Counted from the stretch's first letter, positions 48,253-61,805 are shown. The stretch is 64,000 bases of DNA from Camelus ferus (GCF_009834535.1 NC_045696.1:111912001-111976000), one strand, 5' to 3'. The notes: generated by a model not told the origin, from the sequence alone. A program made the numbers and translations.

Positions 48253-51200
48253 ATCAAGGGCTGGGCTGGTGGGTGGGGGGCCAGTGAGTCTCTTCTCTGT
48301 GGGTCTGGGGTAGGGGGCGCTCAGCCCCAAAGGCCGCCTGTAATGTTGATGGTTGGTCTCTTCTTTCACTCTGACTGCATCTGGCTCGCAGGTGCAGCAG
48401 TCCTGTGACACGCCTAGGGGTCTGACAAACCACTTTCAGGCACAGAGCATCCCTGGGAGGACCTCGGGACAGGGGGAGAGCACCTACTGTCACCGCTGCG
48501 TCAAGAGTCTATCATGAGGCGGGGCAGTTACTCTTCCACACGGCCCTTCCCTCCTAGTCTGTGAGCATCTGGGAGGTAAGGGCTGTGTTTGACTGTCTCT
48601 GTGTCCCCAGGGCTTGATACATCATCAGTATCAGGCCTGCAGTGAACTGCGAGCATGTGACAATTGTGGGGCTCTGTGGACCGTCAGAGCCTGAGTGTGG
48701 ACACACCGAGCTCACCTGAACCTCTTTCTTCCAGAAATTAAAGATCTCATCATCACCTCTGCGCCTGCAGGGGACTCCCGGGCGCTCTCCGCCCAGACAG
48801 TAGGAGCCGGGAGGCTGATAAAGCGGGGGACATCCCAAGGGTCATGAGTGTGATTTACACACCTGGTAGAGCCCGGCCTCACGTCTGCAAAGCGCTTCTT
48901 GGACGAAAGGTGCTCCATAAAATATCAAGTATTCTCCTTGTGAGGGCTAAGTGCTACAAATCAGATTTGGTGGCATAAAAGTAACATATTTATGATCCAC
49001 TATCATATTGCAAATGAAATGAATGTAATAAAAGTGTCACTTATACAAATACCTCTGATGTACGGATCTCGACCTATGAATATGAAAACAGATACCCAAG
49101 CACTTTTATTTGAATGTCTAATCATGAAAATAAATGAAGTCATGTTCATTTCAATGTGTGCACTTGTGCATGTATCTGGAATATTGATTCCTGGGCACAC
49201 AATAAAAATGCAATGCGGGAAACATGCAAGAGACAGAGGTTTCACTCGGATTCAGGAAGAGATGAAACAACGCTTCAACAGAAATTCTTTCACGTCAAGA
49301 ATAAAAAGGAAAATACAACCAACAGTGGTTTTGTCCATTAAAAGTCTCTATATTCAGTCTCGCGAAGGAAGCATAATGGTCTATTTATTCTTGTTTGAAT
49401 ATTAAAGTCTGGAATTCCTTCATCTTGACTCTTCACCTCCTTACTAAGTGCAAGAATAATGGACCACAGTTGGTGATGAGAACTGTCTGGTTGCCGTGAG
49501 GAGGGGCGGGTCTGGAAATAACATACTTAAAAACACAAAAATATGATTTAATCTTAGTTCAGAAATCACTTTCTGAACTAATTATATAAACAAACTACCC
49601 ATAGACTTGGAGGCAGGTGGCTCTGTGACTAACAGGGAAATACTGTTCCCATAATTTCAGAATTTGGGGTTGGTGCTCAGGCAATCAGCACGGCAGGTCC
49701 CACTGTGATGTCGGGCAGGGTCGGGGTGAGTGAGACACCGGCGACATCAGAGTCCCTTTGACAGTGGAGACTTTCTCCCAATATAGCCATCGCCAATGGA
49801 GGCCCTCGTAGACATTTGAACAAATACACAGAGAAAGGAGGTTATGAACAAGGCTGCAGCTAAGTTTTCTCCACCACTAACAAGACACATGCCTTTTGGA
49901 CCAGGCTGAGGGCAGGGCACCCCTGAGTGTCTATTAAATGAACACATTCTTGTACTTGGACCTTGATTTCAGGGTTTGTGAAATGGAAGTAAAACAGCCT
50001 CCTCCAGGGACAGGCCCAATCTGCCACGTGGCAGAATCTGTGCAAGGATTTTAGGGGGTGACGTGGGCCTCACACAAGTGCCAAGTGTGAGGGAAGGCCT
50101 GGTGCTCACGGTGCCACTGACGGAGCAGGGAGCATACTTAGAATTTTTACGGAATATTAAATATGCAGGTCTTGGGGAAATAGTCTGGACATTGCATTCT
50201 GAGAGTTTAACAAGGATCTACCAGCCTAGCTCAGCTTCTTCAAGTTGTTCCAAGCACTTATAGAAAATCCCTGAATATCAGAATGCACAAATGCCAAATA
50301 CTTCTTTTAGTGAAAGTGGTGTATATTCTACAAATAAAATGTTCAAAACAATCTTAAACACATTTTCCTCTCACTGGTCACTTTTAGTTATGGAAATTTG
50401 ATGCCCTCTTGAGTGAACAGTGTTCCTTCTGTCTCACAATTCCAAACACTTTTCCTCCTCTGCCTGGGCTGGCGTGGGCAGCCTGCTGCGGCCACGTTTG
50501 TTTTGCCAAGGGGGGACATTTGGACATTAGAGGCTCTGTTACAAGGGACAAATCTTTTCCTTTGGAGAAGAGTCTTGGATGAACAATAGGAAATATCCCA
50601 AGTTCAACTCATGAGGCAAATATTCCTGCCTGATGGATAGAAGTAGGACCTTGACCTCGAGCAGCCAAGAAAGTGCATGCTGCCCCTGAGACGCCTTCCT
50701 CCACCACCGGGGGACCTTCTCTGCCCCCTGCCTTTGGCAGCAAGGCGCATTGGTGAGGATGGCTTTCCCTACCTCCTGTCCACAAGAGGTGGGGCGCACC
50801 TGGCTCTGTTGGTGGCAGAACCATCCCACATGACCAGGGCTGAGATGAAGGACTTCACTGATGCTATAAAATTTTTAGCAAATGCAAAAAAATGGAAACT
50901 GAAGACACTGAGGCTGGATCTCTGCTTTTTAATCAGGAGTAAACACACAGCCCCACTGCATGGTCAACTCACGCTCTCTGTAAAAACCTCCAGTTTAGAA
51001 AAGGAGAATTCAGCAGCCACTTCCATAAGCCATTTTCATGGGCAGGACAGGCTTTGTTAAATAAGCTGAAGTTTGCTCTGCTGAGTCCAGCCTGCCCTTA
51101 TGTGTCTGAAATTCTGTTTAGCGGGTCTTTTGGACTTTGTAAATGTGGGCAGTCTGAGACTCAGGAATTCAAAGTCTTAAAATAAGGACCGTGTATCCTG

Positions 51201-51704
51201 AATGACATGACTGAGCAAAGGTGCAGGCACATGCCTTCAGATTTCTTCCATGGAGTAGATACAAACTTCGTTCAAAGCAGCATCTGATGGTGGGGCGAGG
51301 TGATGGGGTGGGGTGGGGGGACTCGGAACAACAAAAAGAAATTTCTCAGCAGATAAACCTGTATCCTGTTCTGTGTCACATGTATTCTTCAAGTTACAGG
51401 CGTTCAAATATTCAATAATAAGCTCTATCAAGATGAATTCTCATGGCCAAAGTTTTTACGCCTATTATCTTCAAAAGCCAATTAATTTTCAGAAAATGAA
51501 GTGCAGTTCTTTTTGACATTCTCATATTTTTCCCTCTTAAAACATTTTTAAAAATAGAAACGAGGTACTTGACTTAGCTTGGGGAAAGTTCTGAGATGCA
51601 GCCTCAGGGAGTCATTCCCCTGGGGGCACATGACCCCCTGACAAGCCTGCAAAACTGAGGCAGCAGAAGTGCGGTGCCAGGAGAGGGCTGACTGCATGGA
51701 GGCT

Positions 51705-52168
51705 CCGCGGTAAAGACAGACATCCTCCTTCTCGTCTCTGCACTGTGACCCCGCAGCCCCTCCATCACGAAGTGGAGGCTGTTCCCCAGCCCCTGTGTCT
51801 GGGCTGCCCTGTGACTCATTCTAACTGATAGACCCCAGTGGGAGTAATGCTGTGCCATTTCCCAGCCCAGGCACAGAGAGACCCGGTGCTCATTCCTCTT
51901 AGAGCTTCACCACTGTGTGGGGACAAGCCCAAGCCTGCTGGAGGAGGAGAGACCATCAGCCCAGCCAAGACCTCCCCAGACCAACCTAGAGCCAGCCTCG
52001 CCCTGAACCGGGGAGAGAGTTCAGGCAAGATCAGCCATCTAGGCTGCAGCTGACCACAGACGTGTAAGAGAGCCCAGATCCATGGTTCTGTCAGCAATAA
52101 TAAGTGCTTATTGTTTCAAGACACTGAGCTTTGGGGTAGTTTGTTATACGGTAGTAGCCACAGATACA
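51705..52168 (+). mobile_element. MLT1 (MLT1G/H-like) MaLR LTR
   Basis: ctgggctgccctgtgactc...gctgtgccatttcccagcccaggc...ttattgtttcaagacactgagctttggggtagtttgttatac...ataca. Confidence 0.75.
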
Positions 52169-52399
52169 GCCTGTGTAAAGAACGGGTTACACACAGCAGT
52201 ACACGCCCACATGCTCTGGCACCCCATGAAATATCTGAATCAGTGGTTGCCATTATTCAGCCACTAAGGCAAGAAAGAAAACAATTTGTCATTCCTTCCA
52301 CTCAAGTTTCAAAATCCGGCCCACATCTGTTACAACACACATAAATTATGGAATTAATTAAGACACTTGTTCCTCATAGGCCTTAAACAACATAAAAGG

Positions 52400-52625
52400 T
52401 ACAGTGGACAAGTGGGGTGACATTGGGGTAAAATTCCAAAGGCTCGCATTTTAGCTCGTCATTTACTAACTGTGCAAACTCAGGGTGGCCTCTTAATGTC
52501 GCTGAGCCAAGGTTTCCCACCTGAAAAAATGGAGAAATTAATTTTCGATCACACACAGGGTTCTTAAATGTATTCAGACATGTAAATAACTGCCATACAG
52601 TGTAATAGTGCTAAACAGTGGGAGT
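52400..52625 (+). mobile_element. MIR SINE
   Basis: catttactaactgtgcaaactcagg...ctcttaatgtcgctgagccaaggtttcccacctgaaaaaatggag. Confidence 0.65.
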
Positions 52626-53647
52626 CCAACACCAATTTGTTCATTCACCAAAGGTTTACTGAGTCCTGCAGCTATTGAAGTTACTGAGTCAAATAAAGTA
52701 TGTTTTCTCCCTCAATGAATCAAATGCACGTGATGTATAATGTAGACTCTAAGTGTTTGATGTACGTGGACTGCTTTGAAATGTGAAATGCTAAGGCGGC
52801 AGTGAAGGAAGGAAAGTGGACAGAAATAAAGTAAAGAAGGAAGTAGAGGGAGGAGGGAGAAAATGAGAGAGAGAAGAGAGAATTTTTATCAAAGGCAATA
52901 CCGGATTCCACCTGGGGCCATAGAACTAGAAACGAGGGGAAGGATGGAGTAGCAGTAAGCTGGACAGTTTTCAAACTTTCAGTGGGTTCATTTCTTCTGG
53001 CAAGACTTTCCACGTGAGGTTGGCCAAGTAAACAGATGTGACCATGTTCACCTCCTCGGGATTCAACTCTTTTAGATATTGCTTGACATCCTCCCTGAAT
53101 CTCTGTCTGAGCTGTCCATGCATCAGTGAGAGAGACAGACAAATGGGCTACAGGTCTGTCCGATGTTTGCCGAATACCATGTTTAGGATATTAATGTAGA
53201 GAAGCTCTTGCATATTGTCAAATAAGTTTTAGAAATCCAAATCATGACAGAAATGGTCTGCATGTGAAGGTGCGGGTGTTGATGTTACATACTCAGTTTA
53301 AATGAAAAGCTCTGACCTGAAGGCATTTAAATAATTTATGCCAGGTTGTACACCCCTTAGTGATTCTCACTGGGGTTCTTGAAGCACTTGTTCAGTACTG
53401 GTTTTGTTCTAAAGGTTTTCTATTAATTTCAATTTTCAGAGAATCGGCAGTCCATGTATGAGATGTATGCTAGTCCACTATTGGATATGATTAGTCAATT
53501 AAACATAACATCCCTTCCAATAATTATGGATAAATTTAAATTACCAGTAGTGTTTTGAAGGCTGGCTTAACTCTCAAGGTTATTTTTAAAGGAATTCTTA
53601 TAGTGGGTGGGAGGAAAATCATTACTCTCTTAACAGCAGGATTTTTC

Positions 53648-53900
53648 TTCATCCATTCATTTGTCCATCTACTCATCTATCACCCATTTATCCATCTATT
53701 CATTCATTTATTTATTTATCCAGTCCATCTGTCCAGCTATTCATTTGTCCATCTCTCTATCCACCCTTTCATTTATCCATCCATCCATTTGTCCCATTTT
53801 CCTCCACTGATCTGACCATTGACCTATCCATCTATTTGTCCATCTGTCTACTTTTCACCAATTTATCTGTCTATCCATTCAGCTATTTATTTATTTCTCC
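53648..53900 (+). repeat. Degenerate (TCCA/TTCA)n tract, probably an expanded L2 tail
   Basis: catccattcatttgtccatctactcatctatcaccc...; abuts an L2 3' end (ttcaaatagtcactgagtactta...). Confidence 0.75.
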
Positions 53901-55280
53901 GTCTGTTCAAATAGTCACTGAGTACTTACACTGTACCTGACACTGTGATAGATGTTAAAGAAAAAAGACTCACATTCTAGTAAAAGACAGTCATCTAAAT
54001 AAAACTATCATACAGTGAGCCAGATGCCAGAAGAGAGATATTCATTCACTGACTTAAGCAGTAGGAATACAAAACCTAAGGATTGTCACTGATGCGGGAG
54101 CTGACAGCTCAGTATGGGGGCGGCATGACAACACCTCAGGGGAGGGCCCTCGAGCTGCGTGCCCCACAAGAGTGTGCAGGGCCTCAGTCACCCAGGTGTC
54201 CCCAGTGAACTGAGCCGCATCTTCCCCATAAGGGATGCTCAACAAATAGTTCTTAAATGAACGGGGCTTGGAGAGGCACAAGACAGTTTGGATGAAAAGA
54301 AGCGTATGAGAGAAGGCTTAAGGGTTGGACAAAACACAGCCACATGGGGAAGTGAGCCCTGCTGTGGCCTTTAAAGGGTGGGTCTGGGGGCAGGCAGATA
54401 GGGTGGGAAGATTCTTAACGTGGGGGAGGTGAGGACACTCTTCCAGGAATGGCTGCATCATGTTTGTAGGAGAACAGGGTGGCTGATGTGACTAGGGGGG
54501 AGAGTGGAGACTGGGGACAGATGAGGAGGAAAGACTGGGGTGGTATAAGGAGAGAGGAGGAGGGAGGTGGGCGCAGGCACTGGGAGGAGACCCGGCAGGA
54601 CCTGGTGACGGACTACACAGCAGGATGAGGAAGACTTAGTGGTAAAGATGAAGTGAGATTCTCACCTGGTACTTGGATGATGATGGTATCACAGGGAGAA
54701 GGAAATTAAGGTAGCTTGTATGGAATAGGGAATCTAGTTTTTGGAGGGAAAATAATGAGTTTGGCATAAGGGGAGGCGAGTCAGAAACCAGGCAGCAATT
54801 CCAGGGGCTGAAGGAGAGACTGCACTGTGGATCTGCTGAGAAAATGGGTCTGAAGTTAGACACTTAGAAGTCAAAACCTTGGAGAGGACGGTCGAGGTCA
54901 GGAGAAGGGAGGGGCAGACTAGGGTGAGAGAGGAGAGGAAAAGTGGTCTCTGGGTATTGCTTGGAGCTGGAGGGAAAGGGGAGAGGATGCTATGGTGAAA
55001 GCAGTGGGACAGCGGGCAGGAAAACTGGGCTGATACTAAATCACAGAGACCACAGAGACAAGAATCTGAAGAAGCAGGAGAAGGCTGGACAAGTGTCCAG
55101 TGGAGCCGACAGTCAGAAGGAAGGGAGGAGAGGGAGCAAAGGTCACTGGTTTGGCAACTGAGAAAGCGGTGACTTTCCAGAGAACATTTACAGCAGAGCA
55201 AGGAGGATGGAAGGCAGGCTGGGAGGCGGGGAGGGTTAAGAAGAGGCAAGGGAAAGTCCTTCAAAAGTCAGCCTAGGAAA
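53900..55280 (-). mobile_element. L2 LINE, fragmented
   Basis: cactgagtacttacactgtacctgacactgtg then a long purine-rich L2-like body (aggtcactggtttggcaac...ggtgactttccagagaacattt). Confidence 0.55.
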
Positions 55281-57829
55281 TAAACTTGGGTCTAGGCACT
55301 TGAAAACTTGTTTTCCTATAATCAAACCTGTAAGAGACATCCGTGAAACCACCCAGGTTTACAAACAGAAAAAGGCTGCATGAATTTCCCAGAGGATCTG
55401 AAATTGTTCATTTGTCCAGGGGCTCCCTGGAAGATCAACATGGACACAGCAAGATAGGAACTATTCATGCAGAGAACCAAAGCAAGAGGAGGCTTCAGCT
55501 GACCAAAAATGGGAGGGCTTTCCTGGGCGAAGACAGAGCAAGTTTGAAAACCTGGGCAGAAGCAACAGGGCAGCTTTGAAGTTCTGCCAAGGACAGGGCC
55601 AGGGCTCAGTCCCAGGTTCAGGCTGGATCCCACGGCCTGTGAACCCTGCCAAGGAGATGTGGGGTTTAGGTTCACTGGGACAACAGTGGCAGCGACAGGT
55701 TCAGGGTTGCCTCTTAGAAGGGCAGCTCTGATCCTGGTGAAGAAATGAGTGGGGGTAGAAAGATCACTGACATAGTTGGTAGAAGTTCCCAATGAGAGAA
55801 GGGGGTGGTGGGGAAGAAGGGTATCCATGTGAGGGAAACGGGATGCCAGACAGTAGGCAGGGCCACGGGTCACCAAGCTGGCTTCTGGCTTGCACACGGG
55901 GAGGGAACAAAGGAGAAGCAGGATGTGTGGCTTTCCCGGTGCCCAAGTGCCACCCAAGTGCACTGTCCAGTGTGTGTGGGTGCAGGTGGCTCTCTGGATC
56001 TTGGGCTCAGGAGACACGACCGGCTGGGGACAGAGTCTCGGGGAAAGCCTGCTTAAAATGGGAGCAGTAGCCATAGCGCGTTATGGCATATCCCTCATCC
56101 CTCTCGGCTCGTTTCGTCTAGTTCTTGACTTGGAGGAATCAACCTAATGTGAAGTGGACACAGCACTCTGGAATTCAACACGTGTTTTACTCATCCCACT
56201 GACAGTTCCTGTTTCTGGGCTGCAACTATCAGCTGTGCGTCACACACTGAGCGAGGCACTGGGGGTGCAGCCGGGAACCAAAAGGAAGGCCCGTGGAAAG
56301 AGGTCCATGGAAAGAGTTGGGGTGGAGGCACCGAATGCAGAGGAGCCAAGCACACGGGAGGCAGTCGACTCTCAGGTGTTTGCTGCAGACCCCAACAGAA
56401 GAATGGCACCTGACGCTGGGATACAGCGCGCATGCGTGGCCCAGCACCCGCCCCCGGGGAGAGAGCACGCATGCGTGGCACAGGATGGGCCCTGTGGTTA
56501 CTGGTTACTGGCTCACCTTGGAGATCAGAAGCTGTCTGTGAGAAAACACAGACTGCTGCTTGCCCTTGGCGTTGAAATGCAAAGATGGGACAAATTTCAA
56601 CCCACTGTGAAAATTCAGACTCAAAATCTTCTCCTGTCACATACCAACTTCCCAAATTAGGGCTCCATCCTGTGCATTCAGAGTCTTCCGTCTCCACCCG
56701 GGCCAGGGTGTTAACGGGAAATCTCCTGGCCACAGCCAGCTCCATCCCTTCTGGGGAGGGAGGGCACCTGCCCTGCCCTGTGCCAAGAGCTTGACATACA
56801 TCATCTCATGGCAAACCGCAGGGGAGGGGGTACTCTTTACCCCCAAGTCTGCACAGGAGGAGACAGGCTAAATGTCACACAGCTATTTGGACAGGGCCAG
56901 AATTCAAACCCAGTTCTAGCTCCAAACTATACACTGCTCATACAAGAATTCTCCAAACGGTTTCCTTTATAAAAAGATTAGTGTTAATAACAAGAATGTA
57001 ACGAGGACTATAATTAAGGAATTTTTCTAGTGGCCTTGGCTGCCCCGAAGGGGTCACCCTCAGGCCACACGTGTGACTAAAGGAAAAGGTTAACAATGAA
57101 ACAGCAGAAATAAGCCCCAGCCCCCAAGTCAATCTCAGTGTGTGAAGTGCTGGCGGAATTGTAGCCAACTTCGCCTCCCCGCCTCCGCACCTCGCACTGT
57201 GAACCAGTGAAGGGACCAGTTTCTCAGCACAAATAGATCAGCCCCAACTGCCTTTGTCTGGGCAGGAATCCTAAAATCCTCCTGGCCTACAAAACTTTGA
57301 TCCTTAGGTATTTATTTCTCCAGAGGGTCATTTGGAAAAGAAAGCAAGCCGTGGTCACCGTGCTCTGCACGGCTCACAGCCACATACTCCAGGTCTGACG
57401 CAGAAAACTGAGCTTCTAGCCCTGGGAACGCTTCAGCTTAAGGAGTCAAAAAAATGCATCAAGTCCAAGAAATAACCCATGCCGATCCTGCCAGACCGGC
57501 ACAGCTCAAGTCCCCTGCCCTCCCTTTCCCCCTCCTCCAGCACCCACATCCACACTGTGCTTTTCTTTCCTTTGAATAAAAAAGACATGGGCTAACACCT
57601 TCCAAGGTGGAGGCAGCCCTCAGGACCAGCGGAGAGTGAGGGAAGGCAGGGCTGGGACAGAGAGCAGTGGAGGGTCCCAATCTCCCTGCCGCCACCGGTT
57701 CAAACCAGGCCAGACCTGGGTGTAAAACCAGATGGCGCTGGGATTGCTGGGGAAGTGGCTCCCATCCAGTAAACAGCGAGAGGAAGTCCTGGGCTGCCTG
57801 CGATCAATTCTAAATGTGGTCTTTAACTT

Positions 57830-58330
57830 TAGAATCTGTCCTGAGGGCCCATTCTGTCACAGGCACTGTTCTATGTGCTGGGGGTGGGACAGTGGATAAA
57901 GCAATGTTCCTGGCTTCCTGGAGTTTCTTTTCTTCTTGGGGAAGGAAGACATAAACAAAATACATGTAGAATATAACATCGGAGAATGACAGTGTTACGA
58001 AGAGCAGGCGGGGGAGAGAGGAGAGAGGAACAGGGGGTGCTATGTTACAGCAAGACCTCTGTGATGTGGGCGTATTTGAGAGCGGGGAAGAGGTGATGGA
58101 GCAGGTCCTGTAAAGAACTAGGGGCAGAAAGTATCACATAGACTAGGGCAAAAGAGCTTCTCCTAAATTAGAGGTCCAGGCAGATTAGCTGTGTGTTAAC
58201 TCGCTCGTTCATTCATTCAGTCCTTTTACTCAAATCCACCAGGGGACTGGCTCGGCTGTGCCCAGCGCTGTGATGGGACATGGGGATGTTAAAGGGAAGG
58301 AGGCCGCTGCAGGGCCTCATGCAGCCCCCA
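57830..58330 (-). mobile_element. L2 fragments
   Basis: caggcactgttctatgtgctggggg...cctggcttcctggag...gacataaacaa, and a second tail cattcattcag. Confidence 0.6.
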
Positions 58331-58336
58331 TCTGAC

Positions 58337-58539
58337 CAGGGCTGGCACACGTGCTCCGTAAAATGCCAGAGAGTAAATATGGTCGGTTTTGCAGGCCTGA
58401 CCGGCTGTCACCACCACTGTGCCATCGAAGGGTCAGAGGCAGGACTCTGTACACAGTAAAGCCTGGCTGTGTTCCAGCAGAACCTTCTTTACCAAAACAA
58501 GCTGGATTTGGCCCATGAGCTGTAGCCTGGGGACCCATG
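58337..58539 (+). mobile_element. MER58A-like DNA transposon (second copy)
   Basis: cagggctggcacac...gtaaatat...tggctgtgttccag...ggatttggcccatgagctgtag; same architecture as 18708-18920. Confidence 0.7.
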
Positions 58540-59804
58540 CTCTGAAAGATATACGTGATTTTTAAGAAGTTGTTTGTACAATAAATCCAAACTAGGGAAG
58601 AAAGTATTTTTAACAAAAAAGACTTAGCACCCACTCTCCTGTGTTTGTTTTTCCGTTTTATTTCCGTTATCAGGCAACCGAGTGGGTGTCCATTGTTTTT
58701 CCTGCCCAGCAACAGGGCCCGGCGCCCCCATGGACTTTCTTTTGGGAGCCCCCTCCCCTGGCTGCGGCCTGCAGTGGGTCCAGCGCTAGTCAGTCAAGGC
58801 GATTCTGCCCACCTCACAGCGCACAGAATAAAAGAGCGAGAGCGGCGGGGGACCGCGGAGCGGAGGGAGGAGCAGCTGGGCTGATGGCAGTTGACTAGGT
58901 GAAGAGCATTCCAGGCTGAGGGGGAGCGCGAGCCCAGACCCCGGGAGCAGGCGGAGCCCCGGCGGCGGGAGGCTGCGGTGTTCTTGAGGGGTTCTAGAGA
59001 TGAGAGGGACGTGCCAACTCTCACAAGGCCGCCTAGCAGAGCCGCGCCTCCAAGCGAGCCAGGCTGCGGTGACATCCAACGCCAAGACCTGCAAGTGCGT
59101 CCAAGAGGCCGGTGCCAAAGGCCTCTGGGTGGAGACGCTGTCGGGGGCGGGAGCACGGACACAGGAGACACTGTAACTGCAGTGCAGTCCCCGCTCCAAA
59201 GCAGGGAAGCAACGCCTCAGCCGATCCTGGGGGGCGGGGTGGGGGAAGCGGGGTCCTCCTTCCGGAAGCCTTACGTTTTGTCAATAGGCATTCCAGGTTT
59301 CTCCAAAGTCGTTGCACCGCGGCCTAGTCAAAAGGGGAGTCTCACAAACAGCTAAGTCGAATTCACATGGAGCTGAAGAGGGACGATGGAAGGGTTCCGG
59401 GGACTTACAGAAAACTCGCCCGCTGCCCTGCCTACATCGTTCCTCCACTGATGCTGGGCGCCTCCCACCAGCAAGGTCGGTGAGGGTCTTGAGAGCCACA
59501 GAAGTCTACAGACAGCGACCACTGGAGCTCCGTTTTGTTTACCCAAGTCTTTCCGGAAAAAAAACACGCAAAAGGTAGCAGAAAAATGTCCTCTCCCTAG
59601 AAGTAAAATTTTAATATATTTAAGCACTGTCACTTTTCACATATTTCATAAAATTCACCGAGTGAATTGTACTTTGCCCACCTTCCTTTGTAAGATTTGT
59701 TTTTCATTTCAAAAGCTTCAAAACACGAAATTACACCTTAAAGGGTCTGTCATCAATTGTTCCTGTCCTGACAACTGGAATGTGCATTTATATTTAGATA
59801 CCTC

Positions 59805-60000
59805 TATCATGGAAATTTTCAGCCACACTAAGAGGAAAGAAAATGGAGTAACACGCTCCCAATCCACTCATTACGCAGCTTCAGTGATCAACTGAAGGCC
59901 AGTCCGGTTTCCTCCCTACTCTCATCCCTCCCTCCAGACGATTTTGAAGCAAACTCTAAACATTGCATGTTTTCACCTGTAAATATTCCAAACTCCTTTC
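59805..60000 (-). mobile_element. L1MC-like 3'-end fragment
   Basis: atcatggaaattttcag...gcagcttcag...ggccagtcc...gattttgaagcaaactc...tttcacctgtaaatattc; same family look as 1170-1800. Confidence 0.55.
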
Positions 60001-61784
60001 TTTCATAACTTTCTTTTTGGGGGGGTGGGGAGGGTGGTGCCAGGACCAATGATTACCAGCTGCCCAGACGCCAAAAAATTTTGCTTCCGAAATCTCCTGA
60101 TGTCTCTTTCATAACTTTTGATCACACCCTTGCGTTGCTTTGCAGGGCGAGGCTTTGTCTCTTTCTTGGGAGATTTTAGCAGGGAGAGAGGTCCAGGGAG
60201 GGAACTGCCCTAAAAACCTGCGAGGGGACCAGATGGAGGGAAACGGTAAAGATGCCCAGTTGACCTTCCTGGACTCAGAAGCAGAGCTGGCCGCCCTGGA
60301 AACGTCCAGAACGCAAGTCGAGAGGTCACGAGGCCCTCACCAGCCACTGAGATGAGGATGTCCCCTCCTGCTTTCCAAGTCCCTTCCACTTAACAGCCAC
60401 GTCCCTTTCAACAAGAGCCGGCAGCCCCTCCCGGCCCTCAGCCCCAGCCAGGCCCCCACCCCAGCCGTTTCCACTGTCTTGAGACACTTAAGGCATAACT
60501 TTGCACGCATTTGAGTTTGGCCAGACCATAAGCTGGAAAGGAATGCTGGACTCTAAAGTAATATTTTTCTCATTAATTCCACCGGATTCCCTGCCCAGCC
60601 TGTCCCCCAACTTACCCCGTAATCTTTTGACTAAATTCAGGAAATTGCACAATGGTTGGTCAGCTCCAGGAACTGCCATTTTTAATCACGTAGACTTTTG
60701 GCTACCAGGCCCCTTAACTGCGGCGGGGCCCGTGGTCAACTGTGACCGTCAGCCTGCCCTTCTCATCCCAAGGGCTCTCGCTGATACCCACTTTATTTAA
60801 AAACAGAGAAAGGTCAGCAGGTTACGTGTGGGCCTTTCTTAGGATGTGTCTGGACTTTAAGAAATAGCAAGAATTATGAAACATGGTTATTAGACAGTAC
60901 CTCGAGCTAATAACTTCAACAAGAAGAATGCTGGTGAACGCGGCCTGGCCTTCTCTCTGAGAACTGATGCTGACCCTCAGATTTACAACAGGGAGACGGA
61001 GGGTCTGATTGCGAAAGCTAAGAAATGCTGCACTTGAGACAGCTGCATCCGGGGTCCCCACGAGGCCTCGCTGGCAGCCCATTTAAAGGACTCCTTACTC
61101 CAGGGAGCATCCGCAGGCCCCTTGTCACTCTTCACGTGACAGAAGCTCCATGCCCAAGCCCTCCACTCCGGAGTATGTACATCCAGAAGGCTCAAGCCTC
61201 CATCTCTGGCCCAGACCTTCCTCCCGACCAGCAACCTGTGTATCTGACTGTCCACCTCTGGGCCCCTCACGTTGGGCCTCTCCGGAAAGGAACTCTCCAG
61301 CTGCCCTTACATGACTCCTTCTCCTTGGGTGCTGCCAACTCACCACGGAACTCACTACCTGTCCGGGGCCTCGCGTCCCAGTGACAGGGGCAGACTCATC
61401 CTGCTCTCCCCCTCATCTGATGTGTCTGCCAAGGTTGGCTCTGTCCAACCACGGGTGCTCAAGTCCATCCTCTCTGTGAACGATGTCTTGCAGACACTAG
61501 CTCAGCTGTGAAAGGTAGGAAGATACAATACAGTACAATAAAAAGTAAAGCAGAATTAGTGCTGTTAGAGCTACAACAGCCAGGCTGTCTCCACAGACAT
61601 ATCCTTACTCATTCTCTCTTGCTGGGCCCCCGAAAACACCCAGTGAACCATTTGGGTAACCTTAGGTCCTCACCACAGGTCATCATTTAGTCTCTCCTTC
61701 CCATCCTAAGTACCCTGCAAAGACCTTGTCCCTAAAGTCTTCAGTGATAACTTTCTCATTAATTTTATATGCCATCTACTTCTA

Positions 61785-61805
61785 ACACACACACACACAC
61801 ACACT
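61785..61805 (+). repeat. (CA)n microsatellite
   Basis: Read directly from the sequence. Confidence 0.9.

Noticed and set aside
50646..53825. Imperfect nuclear-receptor repeats: DR0 AGGTCA-AGGTCC (50646-50657, minus) and DR1 AGGTCA-a-TGGTCA (53813-53825, minus)
   Set aside because: One-mismatch repeats are expected by chance at this length, and the second lies in a low-complexity tract.
55322..56074. 250-aa minus-strand ORF (longest in the track)
   Set aside because: Pro/Leu/Ser-rich with no recognisable domain or exon signals; stop-poor composition explains it.
31000..61500. Dozens of overlapping 60-210 aa ORFs
   Set aside because: Expected in GC-rich intronic DNA; they occur in all frames and show no family motifs.
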